Translations under genes and position numbers: made by a program | Notes under the pieces: model-generated | What the model saw: the letters and a program-made list of their open reading frames with translations, nothing else | The model's database searches: none | Told to the model about the DNA's origin: nothing | Assembly (NCBI GenBank): GCA_036261885.1 | Contig: DATAJY010000015.1 | Coordinates: 274,877-338,876, forward strand | Length of the DNA stretch: 64,000 bases | Origin: Thermoanaerobaculia bacterium | GTDB taxonomy: Bacteria; Acidobacteriota; Thermoanaerobaculia; Gp7-AA8 | Direction of reading: 5' to 3' | Shown: in pieces, positions 18,801 to 26,464 of the stretch | How the letters are laid out: the number at the start of each line of letters is the position of its first letter | How positions within the stretch are numbered: position 1 is the first letter of the stretch

Positions 18801-20964
18801 AATCATCGAGCTCGCTGAAGCGCGTTTCGAGCTCTTCGAGCTGCAGCATGAGCTTCGAGAGCTCGGCGTCGCAGCGTTCCGGCGTGTCGGCGGAGGAGAC
18901 CGCGTTGGTGACGGTCTGGGTGAAGAGCGCGAACTGCACGCTGAACTCGGCGACGCGTTCTTTCGACAGCAGCTCGCGGCGGCGCTGCGCGACGAGCGCA
19001 CGCACGCGATTGAGCGCGCCGAGGAGCGTGGAGATGCGCTCCAGGATCTGAATGCGCACCGTGGGATCTTCGATCGTCAGCGAGCCGAGGATCTCGGTCA
19101 GCAGATTCAGCGACGCGATGACGCCTTCGCACTCCGCATTCAGCGCCTCGGCCTCGGGCGTTTTGGCAACGGCCGCGATCTTCGATTCGATCGCGCTCAT
19201 CTGCTCCGCGAACGGGGCCAGCGCTTTTTCCTCGAGCAGGAACGTGACCGTGCGCCGCGACAGCTCTTCGAAGCGCTTGACCACCTCCGCTTCGAGCGCG
19301 TCGACCTTCGCACGATCGACGTACCGCAGCTCGCGCATGGAGATGATCTGTCCCTGCTTCGAGCGCAGCGCGGCGAGCTGCTTCACGTATTCATCGATCG
19401 CCTTCGGCTCGTCGCTCTTCGCGTCGAGGGAGCCTTCGACGTCGGCGACGGCCTTTGCCGCCTGCGCGCGCAGCGCTTCGACCTTTTCGAACTCGTCGAT
19501 GATCAGCTCCGCGTTCGCGCGGATCTCCTTCACCGACGACTGCAGCTCTTCCGCTTCCGGGTGGCCGAGCCAGTGATAGGCGTCGAGCGTGCGGGCGGAG
19601 GCGGCGATGAGATCCTCGTACGTCGCGCGCGTCGGGGTCTGGTCGTCGATGAGACGGCAGATCGACAGGGCCGAGGAGAGCCCGCGCACGAGCTCGCGAT
19701 TGCCGATCTTCTCGAGATGCGAATCGGATTTCGGCCGCGTGGCGACGTGATCGTCGCTCATGAACGGCGTCTGCCACACCTGCATGGCGTGCACGCGCGT
19801 CGGCTCGTTGCCGGCGGCCTGGAACACGATCATCTTGCCGTCGGAAAAGAGGCTGAAGCCGTGCACTGTCAGCGGATTCACGACCTCTTTGCGAATGAGG
19901 TTGTACGGAAAGAGGAGCGTGCGTCCCTCGTCGCGGCGATGGAAGACGTACAGGACGTCTTCACCATTCGGCGCGCGGGTGATGCGCATCAGCTCCATCT
20001 CCGCGGGATCGTGCTCGAAGAGCTTCGTCTCGCCGGTGCGCAGCGTGTAGCCGCCCGGAAAGATGATGCCGTGATCTTCCGGCAGCTGGATGCACGCGTA
20101 GCCGATCGCGTCGATGCGCTGCACGCTCTTCACGCGGCGGTTGAAAACGTAGTAGCGCCACGTTTTCTCGCGATACGGCAGGAGCTTGATGAGGATCAGG
20201 CTGCCGACGATGGCGTAGTGGATCTGCGCGTCGTCGAGAGACTGATCGGCATCGTCGACCGGCTCGCTGTAGATGCCTTTGCCGGTCTGGGTGTTGTCTT
20301 CGATCTTGATGGTGACGTCGCCGCCGAGAGTCTCGACGAACACTTCATCGTGGATCGAAACGTGAGGGAAACGTCCGGCCACGTGATCTTCGCGCGTGGT
20401 CTGTGTCCACTCGAAATCATGACGGGGTGGAAAGACGTGATCGCGCTCGCCGCGGTTGTCGACGTAGGTGACGCGGCCGTCGACGCTGACGTTCCAGCGG
20501 AAGACGCGCAGATCGGTCGGTTTGTCGCCGGTCTGAAACACGGCCAGCAGCTTCGCCTCGACGCGCCGCAGCTGCAGGAGCTTCGAATTCTTGTAGTACT
20601 GGTAGAGCTCGCGGAAGTCTTTGAGAAAGACCTCGTCGCGCAGAAAGTTCTCCGGCGAATCGGCCGGCACCGGCGTGATCTCCGCGTCGAAACGATGGAG
20701 CGAGAAGACGTCTTCGATGCGGGTCTCGGTCTTGAGGCCGAGAAAGACGTTGTAGCCGAAGAGCAGGAGACCGCCGACTTCGACGATGTCGCGCGGAACG
20801 CAGTTGTTCTCGGTGCGAATGCGATCGCTGCCGAGGAGCGCCATCTCCGCGCCGCCGAACAGCTCGATGCGCCGCTTGTTGAGCCGCTCCGCCTTCGCCG
20901 CCAGCACCTTCCCGGTGCCGGCCAGCCGCTCGCGGAGAACTTCGTAGGTGCCTTGTTCGATCAT
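15823..20964 (-). CDS. Very large (1713 aa) uncharacterised protein with long coiled-coil region and a C-terminal-half AAA+/MoxR-like P-loop ATPase module; last gene of the NfeD-flotillin operon
   Basis: Single uninterrupted ORF. Walker A LLLVSPPGYGKTTLMEYIAQRLGL. Walker B NNVLLYVDDIQHTH. About 450 aa of heptad-rich sequence in the 480-930 region. The plus-strand 18034..20976 ORF is its shadow. Confidence 0.85.
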   Translation of the reverse strand: MIEQGTYEVLRERLAGTGKVLAAKAERLNKRRIELFGGAEMALLGSDRIRTENNCVPRDIVEVGGLLLFGYNVFLGLKTETRIEDVFSLHRFDAEITPVPADSPENFLRDEVFLKDFRELYQYYKNSKLLQLRRVEAKLLAVFQTGDKPTDLRVFRWNVSVDGRVTYVDNRGERDHVFPPRHDFEWTQTTREDHVAGRFPHVSIHDEVFVETLGGDVTIKIEDNTQTGKGIYSEPVDDADQSLDDAQIHYAIVGSLILIKLLPYREKTWRYYVFNRRVKSVQRIDAIGYACIQLPEDHGIIFPGGYTLRTGETKLFEHDPAEMELMRITRAPNGEDVLYVFHRRDEGRTLLFPYNLIRKEVVNPLTVHGFSLFSDGKMIVFQAAGNEPTRVHAMQVWQTPFMSDDHVATRPKSDSHLEKIGNRELVRGLSSALSICRLIDDQTPTRATYEDLIAASARTLDAYHWLGHPEAEELQSSVKEIRANAELIIDEFEKVEALRAQAAKAVADVEGSLDAKSDEPKAIDEYVKQLAALRSKQGQIISMRELRYVDRAKVDALEAEVVKRFEELSRRTVTFLLEEKALAPFAEQMSAIESKIAAVAKTPEAEALNAECEGVIASLNLLTEILGSLTIEDPTVRIQILERISTLLGALNRVRALVAQRRRELLSKERVAEFSVQFALFTQTVTNAVSSADTPERCDAELSKLMLQLEELETRFSELDDFAAQLATKREEVYEAFSAKKQSLLEQRQRRAEQLSSAAERILQGIARRAETLLDVDALNAFFASDAMVAKLRSTSAKLRELGDIVRADEIDGRLKAARDEAARTLRDKKELFEEGANIVRFGQHRFSVNTQSIELTVVPRDGVPHLHITGTGFFEPITDPEFEKTKDFWEQELVSETKDVYRAEYLAFTGGDFRERYDEGYERGVHDHDAERIASALQTLRSAAGLLRYTPAARAAATLFWAFFDDEKLKGQWAAQSGALASISERRLSSRPDRRLQAGKDAGDPAGWEAGAPGSDAGVALRQELQEAIERWLPIDLGNISGAGEYLYEEIATSPIRFVLAAEASKASCPVDVRDLDLPRQWAVVHAYVPDIEAAAHILTNGLLSREVSSATTTRNVEGLLGQHPRVVNGALELQLDEFLTRLTAFQAQRVPGFRAYQQTRTAILERERKRLRLGELQPKIMSAFVRNKLISEVYLPLIGANLAKQIGVAGEKKRTDLMGLLLLVSPPGYGKTTLMEYIAQRLGLVFVKINGPALGHSVRSLDPAEAPNATSRQEIIKLNLALEMANNVLLYVDDIQHTHAEFLQKFISLCDAQRKIEGVWRGETKTYDLRGKRFAVCMAGNPYTESGEKFEIPDMLANRADVYNLGEVLQGRDELFELSYIENALTANPITAPLLTREPEDVHKLVRMARGEAIQADQLAHGYSSVELNELLGTMRHLVRVQQLLSRINRQYVLSAAQQNAYRTEPPFKLQGSYRNMSKLAEKVLPAMNDAELERLIDDHYLGEAQTLTTGAEENLLKLAEIRGRLNETQTARWDDIRRGFVRVQRLGGTEADPAARVMAELSVVSDRIGEVAKAIAGFESTPRLEETIAVTTSSAPPMDLTPYLAKLDETLLALRELHAARLPIAASPAPAPAQQEAGLISREAYLINGTLIPLLRFMAHRFKSYKAVADPRVKQAIARLEQIEDLGSLVSTLEGISVSALATLTDEKRG

Positions 20965-21100
20965 CGGAATCGGTAGTCGGTTGTCGGTAGTCGGTAGTCG
21001 GTGGTCGGGAGAACGGGTCGTCGCGGACTGCCGGTCGTCGTTACGTCGGGAGGGTGGTGGCCTCCCGACATCCGACTCCCGACAACCGACTACCGATTCA
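20965..21100. repeat. Intergenic inverted-repeat element (CGGTAGTCGG family), copy 2, with nested internal hairpin
   Basis: aatcggtagtcggttgtcg (20967-20985) is the exact reverse complement of cgacaaccgactaccgatt (21081-21099). Internal hairpin tcgggagg-gtggtgg-cctcccga at ~21045-21067. The core gagaacgggtcgtcgcgg resembles the copy-1 core gagaaccgtcctcgcc. Confidence 0.75.
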
Positions 21101-23026
21101 TCAATCCGCCCTCACCACCGGGACCTTGGCGCTCGGGGGTACGACGAGAGGTTCTTCTTTCTCGGGGGCTTTGACGCCGAGGCGGTCGAGGATGGCCTGG
21201 GCGGCGTCGCTTTCGCCGATGAAGTGATCGACGGCTTTGCCGAGGCCGATCGAGTTGACGATGCGGTCGAGGAACTGGCCGTCGCCGCCGACGATGTCGA
21301 TCTTGGCGGTCTTGAGGGCGTCGCCGAGGATCTGCGCTTTTGCTTTCTCGATGTCGAGACGGGCGCGCAGGGCTTCGGTGCCGAGGACGCGCTGGTTTTC
21401 GCTGGTGATGCGGAACTCTTCATGCTCGCGCGATGCAACGTCGAGCAGTTTCATCGCCTCGGCCTTCTTCTCGATGCCGTTCGCCTCGGCGACGAGCTTC
21501 TCCTGAATGCCGGCGGCTTCCGCGAAGGCCTTGTCCCGCAACACCGATGCCTCGGCGGCGCCGACCTTCTGCATCGCCACGGCCTGCGCCTCGCGCACCC
21601 GCACCTGCGCCAGCCCCTGCTTCTCGGTCGCAAGCGCATCCGCTTCCTTCACCTTCGCTTCGGCGAGCCCCGGCGCCGCGCTCTCGGCCTGCAGACCCTC
21701 GGCGGCGCGAATCTTCGCGCGCGCCTCCCGATCGGCGGCTTCCAGTTCCGCTTCCGCGTGCGTGATCCGCTCTTTCGCGCGATGCACGGACGCCTGTTCG
21801 GCGGCTTCCGCGGCCTTGATGTCCTTGACCAGCTTCTCCTGCGCTTCCGCCTCGGCGGCGATGATCACCGCATCGCGATTGCGCTTCGCATCCTCGGTAA
21901 CCTGCACCGTCTTGATGCGCTCCTGCTCCTCGACCACCGAGCGCTCGACGATGACGCGCTCGCGAATCACATCCTGAATGGCCTTGCGCTCCACTTCGAG
22001 CGCCTTCTCTTTCTCGATCCGCGACAGCTCGACGGCCCGCTCGCGCGACACCGCTTCGAGCACGCGGTCTTTCTCGACGCGCTCGGTTTCGATGCCGACC
22101 ACGCGCTCGCGATTCTTCTGCGCCACTTCCACCTGGCGCTGCTTGTTCTGCTCCGCCACCGCGATCTGTTCGTCGCTGGCGATGCGCGCCGTCTCCGCGC
22201 GCAGCTTCTCTTCGGCCTGAATCTTGTGCAGCTCGGCCGCTTCGCGCGCGCGCACCGATTCGATCTCGCGCTGCTGCTTGGCCATCGCATCGGCCTGCTG
22301 GCGCTCGAGCTCGAGAATCGCCTCCGCCGCCTCGACGTCCTGCTTCTTGGTCAGCTTCCGCTCGGTGTTCTGGAACTCGTTCGTCTTGACGTGCTCGGTC
22401 GAGGTCAGGTCCGTGATCTTGCGGATGCCCTGCGCGTCGAGGATGTTCATCGGATCGAGGTTCACGATCGGCGTCTGCTCGAGATAGTCGATGGCCGCGT
22501 CCTCGAGGACGTAGCCGTTCAGGTCGCGGCCGATGAGATTGATGATCGCGTCCCGGAACTCATGGCGCTTCGTGTAGAGATCGACGAAGTCGAGCTGCTT
22601 GCCGACGGTCTTGAGGCCTTCCGAGAACTTCGCGCTGAACAGCGCCTCCAGCGTGTGCGGATCGGAGGCGCGCAGACACCCGATCGACTGCGCGACCTTG
22701 ATCACGTCTTCGACCGTCTTGTTCACGCGCACGAAGAACGTGACCTTGATGTCGGCGCGGATGTTGTCGCGGCAGATGAGGCCGTCCTTCGCGCGGCGAT
22801 CGATCTCGATCGTCTTGACCGAGATGTCCATCACCTCGGCTTTATGGATGATCGGCAGCACCGTCGCGCCGGTGAACGTCACCTCCGGCTCGGCTTTCAT
22901 CTTGTTCACGATCAGCGCCTTGCCCTGTTCGACCTTGCGGTAGAACTTGGCGATCATCACGCCGATGACGAACAACGCCACGACGAGCAGGGCCACTCCG
23001 ACGATCACGGCAACAATCAGGTCCAT
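21101..23026 (-). CDS. Flotillin-family (SPFH/band-7) membrane protein with long Ala/Glu-rich coiled-coil tail
   Basis: 641 aa. N-terminal TM MDLIVAVIVGVALLVVALFVIGVMIA. SPFH core. The ~250-aa EA-rich repeat region is typical of YqiK/FloT-type flotillins. Confidence 0.9.
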   Translation of the reverse strand: MDLIVAVIVGVALLVVALFVIGVMIAKFYRKVEQGKALIVNKMKAEPEVTFTGATVLPIIHKAEVMDISVKTIEIDRRAKDGLICRDNIRADIKVTFFVRVNKTVEDVIKVAQSIGCLRASDPHTLEALFSAKFSEGLKTVGKQLDFVDLYTKRHEFRDAIINLIGRDLNGYVLEDAAIDYLEQTPIVNLDPMNILDAQGIRKITDLTSTEHVKTNEFQNTERKLTKKQDVEAAEAILELERQQADAMAKQQREIESVRAREAAELHKIQAEEKLRAETARIASDEQIAVAEQNKQRQVEVAQKNRERVVGIETERVEKDRVLEAVSRERAVELSRIEKEKALEVERKAIQDVIRERVIVERSVVEEQERIKTVQVTEDAKRNRDAVIIAAEAEAQEKLVKDIKAAEAAEQASVHRAKERITHAEAELEAADREARAKIRAAEGLQAESAAPGLAEAKVKEADALATEKQGLAQVRVREAQAVAMQKVGAAEASVLRDKAFAEAAGIQEKLVAEANGIEKKAEAMKLLDVASREHEEFRITSENQRVLGTEALRARLDIEKAKAQILGDALKTAKIDIVGGDGQFLDRIVNSIGLGKAVDHFIGESDAAQAILDRLGVKAPEKEEPLVVPPSAKVPVVRAD

Positions 23027-23038
23027 TGTTTTTTCTCC

Positions 23039-23677
23039 TTAGCTCTCCGCCTGCGGACGAGGGGCGAGCACGGCGTCTACCTCGGCGATCGACGCGTCGA
23101 TCGGTCCCACGTGGTAGAGCCCTTCATTGGGGTCGTAGTCATAGACGATGGCCTTGCTGCCGACCGTCAGGATGTTCTCGCGGAAGCAGCGCACCTGCGC
23201 AATGTTTCCGCCGATCTCGGCGATGCCGGAGTGATCGTCGACACGCAGCGAGCGAACTTCACAGATTTTCCCGACCAGCTGCGTGTTGTGCGTTCCGCCG
23301 ACCACCTGGAAGAAGCCTTTGAACGGACGGACCGCCACCGCGCCGGCGGCGAGGCCGACGGCACCCGCACCGAGAAAGATCGCGCTGTCGACGAGCAGCG
23401 AGTCGGGAAGAAAGCGGTCGGCGAAGAAGCTCGCCATCCACGCGAAGATCGTGGCCACTCCGGCCACGATCGTGACCGGGATGCTCGACACGCCGAGCAT
23501 CGACAGCGCCCCTTCGAGCACGCTGTCATTCACGTCATCGACGCCGAGCGCGCCATCGAGCCACTCGAAATCGGCCGCGCCGAGCACCGTGGCCAGCGAA
23601 TAAAGCAGAAAAAATCCGAGCAGCACGGTGAAGACAACCGTCGGGAACGCAAGGGCCGCGGAAAAGAAGGCGCTCAT
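23039..23677 (-). CDS. NfeD-like membrane protein (YuaF/YqiJ family) with C-terminal OB-fold
   Basis: 212 aa. Three predicted TM helices, then GKICEVRSLRVDDHSGIAEIGGNIAQVRCF...GSKAIVYDY, a typical NfeD beta-barrel segment. It lies immediately upstream of the flotillin gene, the canonical pairing. Confidence 0.8.
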   Translation of the reverse strand: MSAFFSAALAFPTVVFTVLLGFFLLYSLATVLGAADFEWLDGALGVDDVNDSVLEGALSMLGVSSIPVTIVAGVATIFAWMASFFADRFLPDSLLVDSAIFLGAGAVGLAAGAVAVRPFKGFFQVVGGTHNTQLVGKICEVRSLRVDDHSGIAEIGGNIAQVRCFRENILTVGSKAIVYDYDPNEGLYHVGPIDASIAEVDAVLAPRPQAES

Positions 23678-23836
23678 GGAAGTTGGCTGGATGAAAGTGG
23701 AGATAACTATTTACAGGACGGAACGACGCGCGTCCACAAAAATCGGATCGTAACGTAGGGGCGGCTTCCGGAAGGGTGGTGGGCGAGAGCAGGCCCGGCC
23801 GGCTGGAAGCCGGCGCGACGTTTCTGGAACGCTGCG

Positions 23837-25510
23837 TCAGGAGCAGGGGAGGGAGATTTTTACTTCCACGCCGCTGCCGACGTGGACGGCCAGCTCCTGG
23901 CGCGTGCCGTAGAGGTAGGCCAGTCGGGCGCGCGTCGTGGAGAGGCCGATGCCGTCGCGCCACTGGTCGGGGTCGAGGATCTCGCCGTCGTTCTGTACGG
24001 CGAGCTGCATCGAATCGCCGTGGCGCTCGGCGGTGACGTGGATCCGGCCGCGGCCGTTCGTGCCGAGGATGCCGTGGCGGATGGCGTTCTCGACGAGCGG
24101 CTGCAGCAGGAACGACGGAACGCGGGCATCGAGGAGATCATGCTCGACGTCCATCCGCACATCCAGCGCATCGCGAAAGCGCACCCTCTCGATGTCGATG
24201 TACGCGTTCGTGATCTCCAGCTCTTCGCGCAGCGTCACTTCCTGCGACAGCGAGTCTTCGAACGAGACGCGCAGCAGTCGCCGCAGGCGGTCGATCATCA
24301 ATCGCGCGGCCGGCGGATCGCGCCGCACCAGTGTGAGGATCGAGTTGAGCGTGTTGAAGAGAAAGTGCGGCGCGATGTTCGTTCGCAGCGTGCGCAGTCT
24401 TGCTTCGGCGATGAGGCGCGTGAGGTGGTCGGCGGTGAGGCGGCTGTTGCGTTGCCTCTGCGCGAGCGCATCGAAGCGCACGGCGCAGGTGACGATCGCG
24501 GAGAGGATCAGCGTCGTCGGCAGCGTGCCCCAGCCGCGCATCGCCAGGCCGCCGTTCTCGAGCGGCCGCAGCGCGAGCTCGACCACCGAGGCATGGGCGA
24601 GCCACGCCATCACCAGCACCACGTTCGATTGCACGCGTCGCGCGGGGACGATCACGACGAACGAGAACAATCCGCCGACGGCGTAGGCCGGCAGCACGCG
24701 CGCGAGGAGGAGCCAGTCCTGACCCTCCGTGCGCAGGTTGTCGAGCACGAAAAAGCCGTTCAGCAGAAACGCGAAAACGAAGAAGACGCTCGCGGCGGCG
24801 AAATCGGGCGGAATCACGGAGAGCAGCGGTCGCCGCGGCGCGCGTTTCCTCCGCTCGGTGCGCGGTGCGACCGCCGTGTTGCGGATGCGCTCGAGCTGCG
24901 CGCGCAGCGATGCGGCGAGTTGTTCGAGACGCGACTCGGCCGCCGCGGAATCGCGCTCGAGATCGCTTTCGATGCTCGCCAGCGCGTCGAGAATCGGCTT
25001 TCCTTCGAGCTGGCCGCGGACGGCATCGAAGCTCGCGCGCGCGGCGCGGCTTTCGAGACGCGCCACCGCGAGCTCGGTGCGGCGGGCACGCGCGCGCCGC
25101 CGCTGTACGGCCACCGCCGCGATCATCGCGCCGTACACGAGCAGGTCGAACTTCAGATAGCTCGACCAGAGCGCGCCGAGCTGCGTGAGAAACGGAGCGC
25201 GCGCGCCGAGCAGGCGGCCGAAGAAGATGCAGAGCGTGGTGTGCGTGAGGTTCGTGAGCATCGCGCCGGCGAAGTGAATCGCCGCCGCGCGCATGCGGGT
25301 CGTGCCGTCGATCGGAAAGCGCACGGCCAGCGCGATCACGAACGGCGCGTACAACGCGAACGACGCCCACGCGAACCAGGTGCGCAGCCAGGCGATCGGA
25401 TCTTCGACGAGTGCTTGAATGGCGCTGGGGGTGAGGAGCACCAGCGCCGCGAACAGCGGCATGCCGAGGACGAACAGCCGGAGAAGAGGCCGCAGCGCGC
25501 GCGGAATCAT
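23837..25510 (-). CDS. LytS/YehU-type sensor histidine kinase (multi-TM sensor + His_kinase + HATPase)
   Basis: 557 aa. About 8 TM segments. HFLFNTLNSILTLV (LytS H-box). LLQPLVENAIRHGI (N-box). DGIGLST (G-box). Stop manually confirmed at 23837-23839. Confidence 0.85.
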   Translation of the reverse strand: MIPRALRPLLRLFVLGMPLFAALVLLTPSAIQALVEDPIAWLRTWFAWASFALYAPFVIALAVRFPIDGTTRMRAAAIHFAGAMLTNLTHTTLCIFFGRLLGARAPFLTQLGALWSSYLKFDLLVYGAMIAAVAVQRRRARARRTELAVARLESRAARASFDAVRGQLEGKPILDALASIESDLERDSAAAESRLEQLAASLRAQLERIRNTAVAPRTERRKRAPRRPLLSVIPPDFAAASVFFVFAFLLNGFFVLDNLRTEGQDWLLLARVLPAYAVGGLFSFVVIVPARRVQSNVVLVMAWLAHASVVELALRPLENGGLAMRGWGTLPTTLILSAIVTCAVRFDALAQRQRNSRLTADHLTRLIAEARLRTLRTNIAPHFLFNTLNSILTLVRRDPPAARLMIDRLRRLLRVSFEDSLSQEVTLREELEITNAYIDIERVRFRDALDVRMDVEHDLLDARVPSFLLQPLVENAIRHGILGTNGRGRIHVTAERHGDSMQLAVQNDGEILDPDQWRDGIGLSTTRARLAYLYGTRQELAVHVGSGVEVKISLPCS

Positions 25511-26247
25511 CAGAACGCGCCGAGTCGCTGTTCGAGGTTCAGGCGGAAGCTCGCGGTGAGCCGGAAACTCTCGCCGCCGGCCAGGATCACGAGAAACGTC
25601 TCCTTCGCGTCGCGCCGCAGCTCGGCGATGCGCTCCGCGTTGACGAGCACCGAGCGTTGAATGCGCACGAAACCGTGCGGCGCGAGCCGCTCCTCGAGCG
25701 ACGTCAGCGTCTGGCGGATCATGAACCGCTCGCCGTTGCGATGGATGCGCACGTAGTTGCCGACCGCCTCGATGGCGTCGATCTCCTGCGGCTTCACGAA
25801 GACGATGCGCTCACCCTGGCGGACGACGATCCGGTTCGACGGCTTCGCATCGAGAAATTCGCGCAGTCTCTGCTCGGCCGGCTGGCGCCGCGCGAGTTGC
25901 GATTCCGCGCGCTGCAGCGCCTCCGCGAAGCGCGCGCGCTCGACCGGTTTGAGCAGGTAGTCGACCGCCGCGATCTCGAAGGCGCGCACGGCGTGCTGAT
26001 CGAAGGCGGTGGTGAAGATCACCAGCGGCAGCGGCGTGGTCTCGAGGCACGACAGCACCTCGAATCCATCCATGCCCGGCATGGCGATGTCGAGCAGCAC
26101 GACGTCCGGCAGGAGCGTCTCGATCGCCTGCACCGCCTCGGTGCCGTTCGCCGCCTCGCCCGCGATCGTCACGCGCGCATGCTCCGCCGCGAGCTCTTTC
26201 ATCCGCTCGCGTGCGAGGTATTCGTCGTCGACGATCAGCACTTGCAT
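25510..26247 (-). CDS. LytTR-family response regulator
   Basis: ORF 25510..26442. Start placed at MQVLIVDDEYLARE (reverse-strand ATG at 26245-26247). Receiver D-box LLDIAMPGMDGFEV. C-terminal LytTR DNA-binding domain (IEAVGNYVRIH...). Confidence 0.85.
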   Translation of the reverse strand: MQVLIVDDEYLARERMKELAAEHARVTIAGEAANGTEAVQAIETLLPDVVLLDIAMPGMDGFEVLSCLETTPLPLVIFTTAFDQHAVRAFEIAAVDYLLKPVERARFAEALQRAESQLARRQPAEQRLREFLDAKPSNRIVVRQGERIVFVKPQEIDAIEAVGNYVRIHRNGERFMIRQTLTSLEERLAPHGFVRIQRSVLVNAERIAELRRDAKETFLVILAGGESFRLTASFRLNLEQRLGAF

Positions 26248-26464
26248 GTGGATGGACGGATAGTAGGACCTGTGGACCTGCGCATCCGCAACAAGCACGC
26301 AAACTTGGAGTGCCTCGGCGCCACCCCGCCCGCGGCGGGACGCCGCACTGCTCAGCCGGCGAGACGCCGGCGTTCCTAAGGCATCGCGGAGCGCCGGCGT
26401 CCGCGCCGGCTGAGCACGCGCCGTCTCGGCGCCGGCCCCCACCCGCGGCGTGACGCCGGCGTTC

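Noticed and set aside
15823-20964. Naming the 1713-aa protein as a dynamin, SMC or restriction/BREX component
   Set aside because: Only Walker A/B and coiled-coil features are evident. There is no GTPase G4 motif, no SMC hinge/ABC signature, and no methylase/nuclease motifs. Left as an uncharacterised AAA+ protein.
18034-23758. Plus-strand ORFs 18034..20976 (980 aa) and 20948..23758 (936 aa)
   Set aside because: Antisense shadows of the 1713-aa ATPase, flotillin and NfeD genes. The second begins inside the inverted-repeat element.
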